DNA of 55,891 bases, taken from positions 1 to 55,891 of the IMG/VR virus record IMGVR_UViG_3300044821_000052; one strand, 5' to 3'. Position numbers and translations under genes: made by a program. This stretch comes from a virus. Its lineage: Duplodnaviria; Caudoviricetes. The notes below the pieces were generated by a model. It worked only from the letters and a program-made list of their open reading frames with translations. It made no database searches and was not told the origin of the DNA. Below, piece after piece: positions 47,227 through 55,891 of the stretch (the stretch's first letter is position 1; the number at the start of each line of letters is the position of its first letter).

Positions 47227-47266
47227 AAAAGAGGCCTACCTGGGAAGTCAGGTAGGTCTCTTTTTT
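47227..47266 (+). terminator. Rho-independent terminator
   Basis: GAGGCCTACCTG-ggaagt-CAGGTAGGTCTC followed by T6. Confidence 0.85.
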
Positions 47267-47283
47267 GTTGCTACAATGACCTA

Positions 47284-47601
47284 GTGTTGCCACCGTGGAT
47301 GTTGCTCGTACTTTTCTTCTTGACGGTGTATCGGCTTAGCCGATTCATTGGACAAGACACATTTCCGCCGATTGCTTATGTTCGTTCATGGCTCATTCGT
47401 AATAAGCCTGAAGGACATTGGCTAATTTATCTGATTGGTAATAACCAGGACACGGGTTGCCCGTGGTGCATCAGTCTGTGGCTAGGCGCCGCTGGGTCAG
47501 TCGGTCTCGGATTTGCAATGCACTGGCAGTGGTGGATTTGCATCATGATTGCGTCTGCATCATCTGCAGTTACTGGGTTGATGTCACAGCTTGAAAATTA
47601 G
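47284..47601 (+). CDS. DUF1360-like membrane protein
   Basis: YRLSR.I..D, CPWC.S.W; lies just before portal. Confidence 0.75.
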   Translation: MLPPWMLLVLFFLTVYRLSRFIGQDTFPPIAYVRSWLIRNKPEGHWLIYLIGNNQDTGCPWCISLWLGAAGSVGLGFAMHWQWWICIMIASASSAVTGLMSQLEN

Positions 47602-47609
47602 GGACCCCA

Positions 47610-49274
47610 ATGGCTGACCGTCGTGTGAGACATCAGACTACTGGTGAAATGATGCCATGGTCTGGCATGGATCGTCCCTATCGTGATGCACGTGAAGAGC
47701 ATGGTCTCACAGCATCTGCTGAGATTCTTGTTGTTGACAATACCCGATCACTTGTCATTCCACCACTTGAATGGCAACGTGAGGCATGGGCCTTTTATCA
47801 CACCCTGGGTGAACTGCACTTTTCCATTGGTACGTGGCTTGCTAATGCTGCATCGAAGATTCGTCTCACTGCTGCAGTAACACGCATTGGTGAGGACCAA
47901 CCCAGCGTTGTTACTGACGGTCCAATTGCTCAGATCGTTGCTTCCATGGGCGGCGGCATCAATGGCCAAGCCGCAATTCTCAAGCGACAGATCGTCCAAT
48001 TGTCTGTCGCTGGTGATTCGTATCTTGTAGGTGAAGATCCTACAGGTGCGGGCAACTTGTCAAGTATGACATGGACTGTTTACTCATCTGACGAGATTCG
48101 CATCAAGCAGCGCCAGACAAAGACTCTGATGAATGGTGGCGGCACTGTCACCTATGAAGTCAATGTGTATCGCAATGAGTGGCGGCAACTAGCACCTGAG
48201 TCAATGGTTGTACGGTGTTGGGATCCTGACGAGCAGTTCTCTTGGGCTGCCACATCTGTGTGCATGTCTGCGTTGCCAATCATGCGTGAGATTGACTTCT
48301 ACAACCGTTACATCATTGCGACGCTATTGTCTCGACTCGCAAGTAACGGATTGCTGCTAATCCCACAAGAAGTCACATTTCCAGCGAAAACACAGTTCAA
48401 GGATCAACCGGATCCATTTGTTGCGGAACTTATTGATATCGCAGCGCGATCCATCAAGAATCCTGGCAGTGCTAGTGCTGCGATGCCCATTCCATTGAAG
48501 GTACCTGCGCAGTACATTGACCAGATCAAGCATCTCGCCTTGGATACACCTCTTGGCAAAGAGGTAATGGAAAACCGTATTAAGGCATTGGAGCGATTGG
48601 CTTCAACACTGAACATTCCTGCAGAGGTCGTGAACGGCAAGACTGGTAACATGAACCACTGGGGTGCATGGCAGATGGAAGAGACATCCATCAAGCTATA
48701 CATCTCGCCGCCAGTTGAGATGCTAGTAGCATGCTACACTCAAGGATTCTTGTACCCGATTCTTGATTCACTTGGTATTTCGCGAACATCACCTGATGGT
48801 GGCCAGTATCTAATTTGGTATGACGTTAGTGAACTTGCCCAGCAACCTGACCGTTCTAAGGAAGCGGGCGACACTTACGATCGTGGTGAACTGTCGAGTG
48901 AAGCTCTTCGACGCGAGTCTGGGTTCTCGGAAGACGATGAACCCAACATGGATGACCTGAAGTCCATTGCACTTAAGAAGATTGCACTGGGTGGCGGTCC
49001 ACTATCCATGAATGCATTGGCGGCTCTTACTGGCGATGAGTCATTGATTCCGCCGACACCAATAGCTCCTGCGGCTGGAGGCGATACCAACGGTGGTAGC
49101 ACAGTTGTTGATTCCTCCCCGTCTAACGACAACCAGCCTCCGGCCGCAGGTCAATCACCTACTGATGTCAAGAAGGGTCCACCAGATACTCGTAATGACC
49201 CACCACCAGCTCCGAATGCAACGCAACAGCAAACATTGCGTATAAATCGGACAAACGGGGTTGGTATTCGATGA
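47610..49274 (+). CDS. Portal protein
   Basis: WQREAW, GELHF, SRLASNGLL.IP.E, NHWGAW. Confidence 0.88.
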   Translation: MADRRVRHQTTGEMMPWSGMDRPYRDAREEHGLTASAEILVVDNTRSLVIPPLEWQREAWAFYHTLGELHFSIGTWLANAASKIRLTAAVTRIGEDQPSVVTDGPIAQIVASMGGGINGQAAILKRQIVQLSVAGDSYLVGEDPTGAGNLSSMTWTVYSSDEIRIKQRQTKTLMNGGGTVTYEVNVYRNEWRQLAPESMVVRCWDPDEQFSWAATSVCMSALPIMREIDFYNRYIIATLLSRLASNGLLLIPQEVTFPAKTQFKDQPDPFVAELIDIAARSIKNPGSASAAMPIPLKVPAQYIDQIKHLALDTPLGKEVMENRIKALERLASTLNIPAEVVNGKTGNMNHWGAWQMEETSIKLYISPPVEMLVACYTQGFLYPILDSLGISRTSPDGGQYLIWYDVSELAQQPDRSKEAGDTYDRGELSSEALRRESGFSEDDEPNMDDLKSIALKKIALGGGPLSMNALAALTGDESLIPPTPIAPAAGGDTNGGSTVVDSSPSNDNQPPAAGQSPTDVKKGPPDTRNDPPPAPNATQQQTLRINRTNGVGIR

Positions 49275-52200
49275 CTCGCATTAAAGGTCTTAGTAGAAAG
49301 ACAACTGCACGGTGGGAAGATAAGCTTTCTCACCAGGTCATCGTCTCCCTGACCAAGGTGGCGACCGCAGCCAGTAGGAAACTGTCGACTGCCAGTCTTA
49401 GGGCCTCAGCGGAGGCTACAGGCACTCCAAATGCGACCCCTGGGCCAGCAGATGGGTCATCTGTCTCAGGCCAGAGCACAGATTCAGTTTCTGCATCATC
49501 TAATGACCTTGGTGTCATCAGAACGATGTGGTCGGCTGAAGTTGATAATGTTCTTGTGCCAATTGTGGCAGATCTCTACACTGCTTCTGCAAATAAGGTA
49601 CTTGCAAGTATTAGTAAGGCTGCACCACCTGATTTTGTAGCACCTGTTGTAACGAATGATGTTTCTGAGGCGTATCTTCGCAATGCGACGAACCGACTCA
49701 AGAATATCGGCAATGATCTGTGGACGCATGCATCCGCTGGGTTAGCCGATGGCATGGCGGCTGGTGAGCCCATTGAGCAATTATCATCTCGTGTACAACT
49801 TGCTGCACATGTGACCGAACCTCGCGCAGATGTTATTGCACGTACTGAAGTCAACACTGCAGCAAACTTTGGGTCCTTCACATATGCGTCAATGGCGAAC
49901 GATGCAGGTGTTGGAATGACCAAGGAATGGCTGTGCGTTCTTGACAGCCGTGTACGCCCAGACCATCGCAATGCCAATGGTCAGGTGCAGCAAATGAGTG
50001 ATCCATTCAATGTGGGTGGCTGGTCGTTAGCATACCCGGGGGACATGAATGGTCCTGCTGGTGAAGTTGCCAACTGTCGTTGTGACATCGTGTACAACAT
50101 GACTGACGCCAGTGGTGGTACGACAGAGGTCGGTGATTCAAGTACTATGGGTGTCATTGATGACACTGATGTCACTGATGTCATGAGTAGCATGGGTGGT
50201 GATATGCCAGATCTCACTGCAGCGCTTGATGTGGATGACACGTCATCTGACATCGACACTGACAACGTACCTGATGGTGACGATGATTCTGACACGGACA
50301 TCGAACCTATTCAGAAGCACACTGGTGCAATGGTCGCACTTGTACCCAGTGATGCGGACATTGCGCGTCTTGCACTACCTGGTGGTGAGACTCCAGAAGA
50401 ATTGCATCTGACGCTTTTCTTCTTAGGTGACAATGCGCAATATGACGATGTTGCTCGGCAACAAATTGTTACCAACATCCAGACGGTCATGCTGGACCAG
50501 ACGTCATTGTCAGTCACAGGTTTCGGTGTTGCGATCTGGAATCCGCTGGGTGACACGCCTGCACTTGTCATGAATGTTGGAGGCACTGGTCTTGACGAGG
50601 CACGCGACAGCGTTGAAGACGTTCTTAATGAACTCTGGCAGGTTAGCATGCCAGAGCAGCACCAACCTTGGCAACCGCATGTCTGTCTAGCATATTCGAC
50701 TGACCCAGCATCAATGGTCAATGCTGCACTTCAGTGTGTCGGACCGATCACATTCGATAAGGTCCGTGTGGCATTTGGTGCTGTCGTAACTGATATCCCA
50801 TTGGGATATAACACGGTACAAATGGCAATTCAGGCGGAGGCAACTGTGCCACCAACAAAGACTGTATTCCTTGCTACTGATGCACCATCTGTGACAGGTA
50901 CCGACACTGAAGGTGATTCGGTTGGTGCCATTGGCCAGACCAATCTCCCTGGTACAGTGCCTGCAATGGCGTCTTGGTCGACTGAGCTTGCGACACTGCC
51001 TGATGGAACATTAGCCGCTTGGGAGGGCATCCTTGTTGTCGAGGGTCAGACCACTGGTGATGGCCGTGAGTTCGCCCCTGGGTCACTAACTTGGGCTGAC
51101 CCTTGGTTGCCACTACGTTGGGCCCCTGAGGACTTCGGTGAGCACCAGGGAGCCATTAACGTCGCGCGTATCGATGAGGTCTGGCGCGATGATGTCGATC
51201 CCAACATCATTCGTGGTAAGGGATTCTTCAATGTCTCGATTCCACAAGGCCTACAGGCCTACCAGTCAGTCCAAGGGCAGATGCTTCGGGGTGTCTCGGT
51301 TGACGTCGACTCTGTGGCGGATTCAGACGTTGAACTCATCTTCCCTGTTGCACCAGATGATGGCAGTGACGATGGCACTGAGTCAACACCTGAAGACGAT
51401 ATGCTGTCGCAGTTGTTCGGTCCGCCACCGGACAAGATGGTCTTCCATGCTGGGCGGATTCGTGGCGCGACGTTGGTCGATTTGCCGGCATTTGTTGAAG
51501 CGCAGATTAGTACAGTAGCAATGGACGCCATGCCACCTGTGAAGACAGTCCCAGTACCAACGAGCGCACCTACTGCGTCAGGTACTGGTGACGCTGAACC
51601 AACCGCCAGTGTCAATGACATCGTCGCTGAACTTGGACGACTGTTGACCGACGCGACCTTGGGCATTAGTCTTGCACGTCGTCGTCAGCGGTATGACCGT
51701 TTGTCTTACGCACTGAAGCACAAGCATGGACTGACGGCGCAACCGTTCAGCGAGGATGTGCTGGGTGATGCAGTGAAGACACTCATTGCATGCGGTAATG
51801 TTGATGGATACACTGCACCAAACGCATGGATGTTCAAGCATGTGACGGACCAGCCTGTACGGCTAGGTGTCAACATCGCGGATGATGGTCGTCATATCTT
51901 CGGATATGCCGCGCTGTGGGGTACATGCCACATTGGACATCCGGATGTTTGCACAACTGCACCACGTGAAGACATGCATGCGCATTACCTGCTGGGTGAA
52001 GTCCTTACCAGTGAAGGTACTCGTATCTCTGTTGGTACTGTGACTTTGGGCACTGGGCATGCACCAATGTTCGGTGTAAATCCTCGTCAGGCCGTCGAGC
52101 ACTATGACAACACCGGTACTGCGATTGCTGATGTTGTGACAGGCAATGACGAGCATGGCATCTGGTTCGCAGGTGCGATTCGTCACGGTGTTGCCCCTGG

Positions 52201-52504
52201 ACGAATTGCTGAACTACGTGCAGCCAAACTGTCTGGTGACTGGCGTCGAATTGGCAATGACTTGCGACTAGTTGCATTGCTTGCAGTCAATGTCCCAGGG
52301 TTTGGAGTACCGCAGCTTGCGACACGTGTTTCGCATGGCACCCAGATGGCATTGATTGCCGCTGGGCTCTACGAGGTCGATGTTGATGCACAGGAACGAC
52401 ACACTGCCGTTCGTCGTATCAAGAATCGTATTGCTTCAGGCATTGGCCGTGATCTGGCTTCAAAGCGTGCGGCACTTCGGACGCAAGTTCACAGTAAGGG
52501 ATAA
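49271..52504 (+). CDS. MuF-like + 2H phosphoesterase + capsid maturation protease fusion
   Basis: IARTE, KEW..D.RVR..H, NCRC (MuF); LHLTL and PHVCL (2H); EGQTTGDGR, GVSVD, GATLV..PAF (protease); SGDWR..VNVPGF. Confidence 0.85.
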   Translation: MTRIKGLSRKTTARWEDKLSHQVIVSLTKVATAASRKLSTASLRASAEATGTPNATPGPADGSSVSGQSTDSVSASSNDLGVIRTMWSAEVDNVLVPIVADLYTASANKVLASISKAAPPDFVAPVVTNDVSEAYLRNATNRLKNIGNDLWTHASAGLADGMAAGEPIEQLSSRVQLAAHVTEPRADVIARTEVNTAANFGSFTYASMANDAGVGMTKEWLCVLDSRVRPDHRNANGQVQQMSDPFNVGGWSLAYPGDMNGPAGEVANCRCDIVYNMTDASGGTTEVGDSSTMGVIDDTDVTDVMSSMGGDMPDLTAALDVDDTSSDIDTDNVPDGDDDSDTDIEPIQKHTGAMVALVPSDADIARLALPGGETPEELHLTLFFLGDNAQYDDVARQQIVTNIQTVMLDQTSLSVTGFGVAIWNPLGDTPALVMNVGGTGLDEARDSVEDVLNELWQVSMPEQHQPWQPHVCLAYSTDPASMVNAALQCVGPITFDKVRVAFGAVVTDIPLGYNTVQMAIQAEATVPPTKTVFLATDAPSVTGTDTEGDSVGAIGQTNLPGTVPAMASWSTELATLPDGTLAAWEGILVVEGQTTGDGREFAPGSLTWADPWLPLRWAPEDFGEHQGAINVARIDEVWRDDVDPNIIRGKGFFNVSIPQGLQAYQSVQGQMLRGVSVDVDSVADSDVELIFPVAPDDGSDDGTESTPEDDMLSQLFGPPPDKMVFHAGRIRGATLVDLPAFVEAQISTVAMDAMPPVKTVPVPTSAPTASGTGDAEPTASVNDIVAELGRLLTDATLGISLARRRQRYDRLSYALKHKHGLTAQPFSEDVLGDAVKTLIACGNVDGYTAPNAWMFKHVTDQPVRLGVNIADDGRHIFGYAALWGTCHIGHPDVCTTAPREDMHAHYLLGEVLTSEGTRISVGTVTLGTGHAPMFGVNPRQAVEHYDNTGTAIADVVTGNDEHGIWFAGAIRHGVAPGRIAELRAAKLSGDWRRIGNDLRLVALLAVNVPGFGVPQLATRVSHGTQMALIAAGLYEVDVDAQERHTAVRRIKNRIASGIGRDLASKRAALRTQVHSKG

Positions 52505-52506
52505 AC

Positions 52507-52665
52507 ATGTGTAATTGTGGCGGTTCAAAGGGCACTTCGGCGAACCAAACGAGCGCTACACTGGGTGACCAGACACAACAGGTGCAAGTGCCACAGTCTT
52601 CGCCTGAGGAAATTGCACAAGCACGACAATCAATTGGTAATGCTCTTAGCAATGCAAATTCCTAG
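52507..52665 (+). CDS. 52-aa MCNCG protein
   Basis: Hand translation; AAGGG RBS; small CxCG genes occur at this position in related head modules. Confidence 0.55.
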   Translation: MCNCGGSKGTSANQTSATLGDQTQQVQVPQSSPEEIAQARQSIGNALSNANS

Positions 52666-52775
52666 AGAAATTTTTTTCTTTCTCGTGTGGTACTTGCTAT
52701 AGTAGGTGTAACAGCGTGAGGTCGTTGCCGTTGGCATCGATCATGTGGACACCGTGAATATACGGGGTGGGTTGT

Positions 52776-54602
52776 ATGGGGAAAGAAGTTTCCAAGTCCC
52801 GGGTTGAGATCCCGGCTGACCTCAGTACGCTGTCGGATGAAGAGTTGGACGCGCTTGAGACTAGCGCGACCTCTGAATTCGATGCGCTTGATGGTGATGA
52901 GAACACTGACGTAACTGGTCTCGAGCGTATGGGCGAACTTGCTGAGGGAATCGGCGGCATTCGTGACCATCGCACCGAGCGTGCTGCAGCTGCTGCGGAA
53001 TCGCAGGAGAAGCGCAATGAGTTGCGTGGTCGTGTTCACACCGATGGCAGCGAGGGTTCGAACGTTGCTGATGAGGGCGGTGAGGGCGACTCGCGTGAGG
53101 ATGCCGTCACCGCTGGTGCTGGTACTCGACTGCGTGGCCGTACGGATGTTCGTGATGTCCTGAAGGACAAGCGCGAGCAACTGAACGTGCGCCTGTCGCG
53201 CGCCTCTGAGATGCAGCCCGCCGGCAACAAGCGAGTGCCGACGAGCACCCAGTTCGCGAAGAGTGTTCTTGTCGCCTCGTCTGACATCGCGGGTTATGCG
53301 CCTGGTGCTGCCATCGACACGATGGACGATCTCATCAATGCCTACAAGACGCGTGGTCGGGCAATTTCGCCCAGCCGGGCGCTTGCGAGTGCTCCGAAGC
53401 AGTTCGGACGATACACGGATCTGAATTCGTCCAGGGCACTTGATTCTGACGGCTTCAACGCATTCGGTATTCTTGGGCATGATGGCGACTGGCGTTCTGC
53501 GCCTCGGTATCCCATCGCACAGATGAAGCGGAACTTCGCTTACATGCTGGATGCCAACTCCAAGCCTGAGGATGCCTGGGAGGTCATGCAGGCAGCTGCA
53601 AACCCCTCTGCACTGCTTGCTGCTGGTGGTTGGTGCTCGCCATCTGAGATCTCGTATGACTTCTACAACGTCGTTGCAATGGACGGTGGGCTTGACCTAC
53701 CGACCACTGGTATTCGTCGTGGTGGTATGCGCTGGCCGACGTCACCGTCATTCGGTGACCTTGCATCGTCCACTGGCCTGTGGCACTGGAATGAGACGCA
53801 GGATATCGCGGCCGCTACGGGCACTGGACAGTCTGGTTCCAAGACCTGCGCTCGCGTCCCCTGTGCTTCCTTCAACGAGGCGCGGCTCGAGGGTGAAGGT
53901 ATCTGCATCACAGCAGGTAACCTCACGACTGACGCCTGGCCTGAGCAGATTGCAAACTTCCTGCGGCTGGTTAATGCGACGCACTTCCACCGCGTGAACT
54001 CGTACTTCATCAACCAGCTCATCTCGCAGTCAACTGCGGTCACGCTGACACAGACGAACACCAGCTTTACCTCCGCGTTGTTCGCTGGCATCGAGCACCA
54101 GGTGTGGGACTACCGCACTAAGTTCGCGATGGCAGATGCTGACATCCTTGAGGTGGTACTTCCCAACTGGGTACTTGGGCAGCTTCGCGCTGACATCTCG
54201 CGTCGTAACGGTTTGGACGAGCCCAACTCGGCCAACGCGGTGACTGACGCAATGATCGCTGCGTGGTTCTCAATGCGGTATGTCCGAGTGCAGTTCGTGC
54301 AGGACTTCGATGTTCGCGCCTCTGGTCAGTTTGGCCAGTCTTCACCACTGTCGACCGCATGGCCCACTGCAGTGCGGTTCCTGATCTACGCAGCTGGCAC
54401 ATTCGTCCGAGGCAACGGCCTCAGCCTGGACCTCGGAATCATCCGTGACTCTACGCTGAACGCCACCAATGACTACACCGCGGCCTGGTCTGAGGAGTTC
54501 TTCCTCCTTGCCAAGATCGGTCATGAGTCGCGGATTGTGACGCTGGGTGTCTCGGTTCCGACCGGCCTCACGGGCGCGACGGCCACCGCCACGGGCATTT
54601 AA
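52776..54602 (+). CDS. Major capsid protein (hexamer-type) with N-terminal scaffold-like region
   Basis: AAGGWCSPSE, LDLP....RGG, GNL....WPE, DSTLN.TND. Confidence 0.88.
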   Translation: MGKEVSKSRVEIPADLSTLSDEELDALETSATSEFDALDGDENTDVTGLERMGELAEGIGGIRDHRTERAAAAAESQEKRNELRGRVHTDGSEGSNVADEGGEGDSREDAVTAGAGTRLRGRTDVRDVLKDKREQLNVRLSRASEMQPAGNKRVPTSTQFAKSVLVASSDIAGYAPGAAIDTMDDLINAYKTRGRAISPSRALASAPKQFGRYTDLNSSRALDSDGFNAFGILGHDGDWRSAPRYPIAQMKRNFAYMLDANSKPEDAWEVMQAAANPSALLAAGGWCSPSEISYDFYNVVAMDGGLDLPTTGIRRGGMRWPTSPSFGDLASSTGLWHWNETQDIAAATGTGQSGSKTCARVPCASFNEARLEGEGICITAGNLTTDAWPEQIANFLRLVNATHFHRVNSYFINQLISQSTAVTLTQTNTSFTSALFAGIEHQVWDYRTKFAMADADILEVVLPNWVLGQLRADISRRNGLDEPNSANAVTDAMIAAWFSMRYVRVQFVQDFDVRASGQFGQSSPLSTAWPTAVRFLIYAAGTFVRGNGLSLDLGIIRDSTLNATNDYTAAWSEEFFLLAKIGHESRIVTLGVSVPTGLTGATATATGI

Positions 54603-54647
54603 GTCCAGGGGTGACCACGACGAAAACTGCGAAGGGAGGCTGATGGC

Positions 54648-55601
54648 ATGTCAAGAAGCGCACGGTTGCTTGTGCCATCGCCTACCTGGCAGCAGTCACC
54701 ATACGGGCTACTAGCATCTGCAGATATTCGTACTGATGACAACCATTGGCAAATGGGTGTCACATGGGAAGACATCTGCGCTGGCACCGGTACGACCATC
54801 GCGGATTGCGACACATCTGCTCCGGTCGTTACCGGTTCGGGAATGATCGCCGGTCTTTCGGCAACGACGTCACGAACCGTCTGGGGTGCAACTCCCTTCA
54901 CGATTTACTGTGAAGTGGACTGCTCTCCTGTTGACTTCTATGACAATGCTGATGTCCTCACTGCAGCGACACTTGCGAAGTTCGAGGACTATCAGGTAGA
55001 GCGTGCTTTCTGGACTGGTGTTGCAGGCGATCGCAATAACGTCGGTGGGTACGCGAATGCCGTACTTCCGCATCTAGCTGCCAATACTGCAGTCACTGAA
55101 CCACTGGACCTAAATGGCATTGCCACTCGTACTGTGACGCTTCAGATGGCTGCCACGGTTGTGACTGGTGCTGCGCTCAATGCCGTTGACGCGCTGGGTG
55201 TCTTGGAGGGTGCATTAGTCAGCACCCTGGGTGGCCAGGGCATGATTCACGTTCCGCAGGCATTGGCACCGACTCTTGCCCTGTTGCTCAAGCAGCAGGG
55301 CGGCAAGCTTGTGTCCCCCAATGGCAATACGGTAGTCATCGGTGGCGGGTACCAGGGTACTGCCCCAACAGGAGCTATACCGACCACTGGGACCTGCTGG
55401 ATGTATGCCACAGGTCCTGTCATGGGATATCGCACGCCACCCAAGTTGTATGCAGCTAACCCAGCTGAGCGTTTTGACCGTAGTCTCAACACGATGAAGG
55501 CGATTGTCGAGCGGACCTACGTGCTGGGTTACGACTGCTCTCTCTACGCGCAATTGGTCAATACTGCCAGCTTTATCGCCACGACGACAACTGGTCCCTA
55601 A
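54648..55601 (+). CDS. Second capsid protein (pentamer-type)
   Basis: PYGLL, HW.MGV.W, PFT.Y, VERAFW, ERTY..GYDC; directly after MCP. Confidence 0.65.
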   Translation: MSRSARLLVPSPTWQQSPYGLLASADIRTDDNHWQMGVTWEDICAGTGTTIADCDTSAPVVTGSGMIAGLSATTSRTVWGATPFTIYCEVDCSPVDFYDNADVLTAATLAKFEDYQVERAFWTGVAGDRNNVGGYANAVLPHLAANTAVTEPLDLNGIATRTVTLQMAATVVTGAALNAVDALGVLEGALVSTLGGQGMIHVPQALAPTLALLLKQQGGKLVSPNGNTVVIGGGYQGTAPTGAIPTTGTCWMYATGPVMGYRTPPKLYAANPAERFDRSLNTMKAIVERTYVLGYDCSLYAQLVNTASFIATTTTGP

Positions 55602-55611
55602 GGGGGATTGA

Positions 55612-55891
55612 ATGGTTTCACAGTGCGTGACCCCCATCAAGGGTCGTGTCATCCGTGTAATGAAGCTGGACACGTGCGGCAGTATCGTCACGGGCGCAGG
55701 TTCTTCGATGGTAGTAGCCGATGGATTCATCTCGGTCAAGACCACTCCGCAGTATGAGGATGGCACTGAGTTCCTGCAGAAGCGCGCTGATGGCATTCTG
55801 TGTGTGAACCAGAAGGACCCGGGGCAGCTGAAGCGCGTGCAACTTGAGGCTCTCTTCTGTGTACTTGATCCCGATCTTCGTGTCATGGTTG
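55612..55891 (+). CDS. Major tail protein, 5' part
   Basis: AGGGGG RBS, ATG 55612, open to the window end. Confidence 0.75.
   Translation, partial: MVSQCVTPIKGRVIRVMKLDTCGSIVTGAGSSMVVADGFISVKTTPQYEDGTEFLQKRADGILCVNQKDPGQLKRVQLEALFCVLDPDLRVMV
55673..55891. repeat. Terminal direct repeat, copy 2
   Basis: Matches 1-219 with 2 mismatches. Confidence 0.95.

Noticed and set aside
52662-53480. Long antisense ORFs (also 2706-3437, 43156-43872, 55215-55886 and many in the tape measure gene)
   Set aside because: Shadows of codon bias on the opposite strand of well-supported genes
1-55891. Integrase/repressor, inteins, introns, stop-codon reassignment
   Set aside because: None recognised; core genes are uninterrupted and all three stop codons end genes normally

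Overview
The window looks like a complete, circularly permuted genome (about 55.67 kb plus a 219-bp terminal overlap) of a tailed dsDNA actinobacteriophage. It has a siphovirus-type tape measure, a WhiB regulator, a DUF1906 endolysin, and a head module resembling mycobacteriophage cluster B (MuF/protease fusion, two capsid-like genes). I found no integrase or repressor, so it is probably lytic. The rightward arm (35630-55891, continuing at 1-17652) carries primase-helicase, a candidate origin, terminase, a GT/5-hmdU-DNA-kinase-like/FkbM cassette, head and tail genes, and five tandem glycosyltransferases. The leftward arm (35420-17636) carries a ~370-nt structured non-coding region, a dNMP kinase/thymidylate-synthase-like/dCMP deaminase/Pol A block, recombination genes, a lysis cassette, tRNA-Leu(UAA) and small early genes with repeated promoters. 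Best leads: (1) a split pyrimidine-hypermodification pathway pairing a cytosine-type (Asp) TS homologue with a 5-hmdU DNA kinase family protein, a glycosyltransferase and a methyltransferase, but no amino acid:DNA transferase; (2) an unassigned large structured RNA with attenuator-like architecture upstream of the nucleotide-metabolism operon; (3) a probable virion glycosylation system together with a Ser/Thr-rich 20-aa-repeat fibre read in frame into the head-tail adaptor; (4) a MuF-2H phosphoesterase-protease fusion. All family assignments come from motif recognition by eye; no database searches were run.
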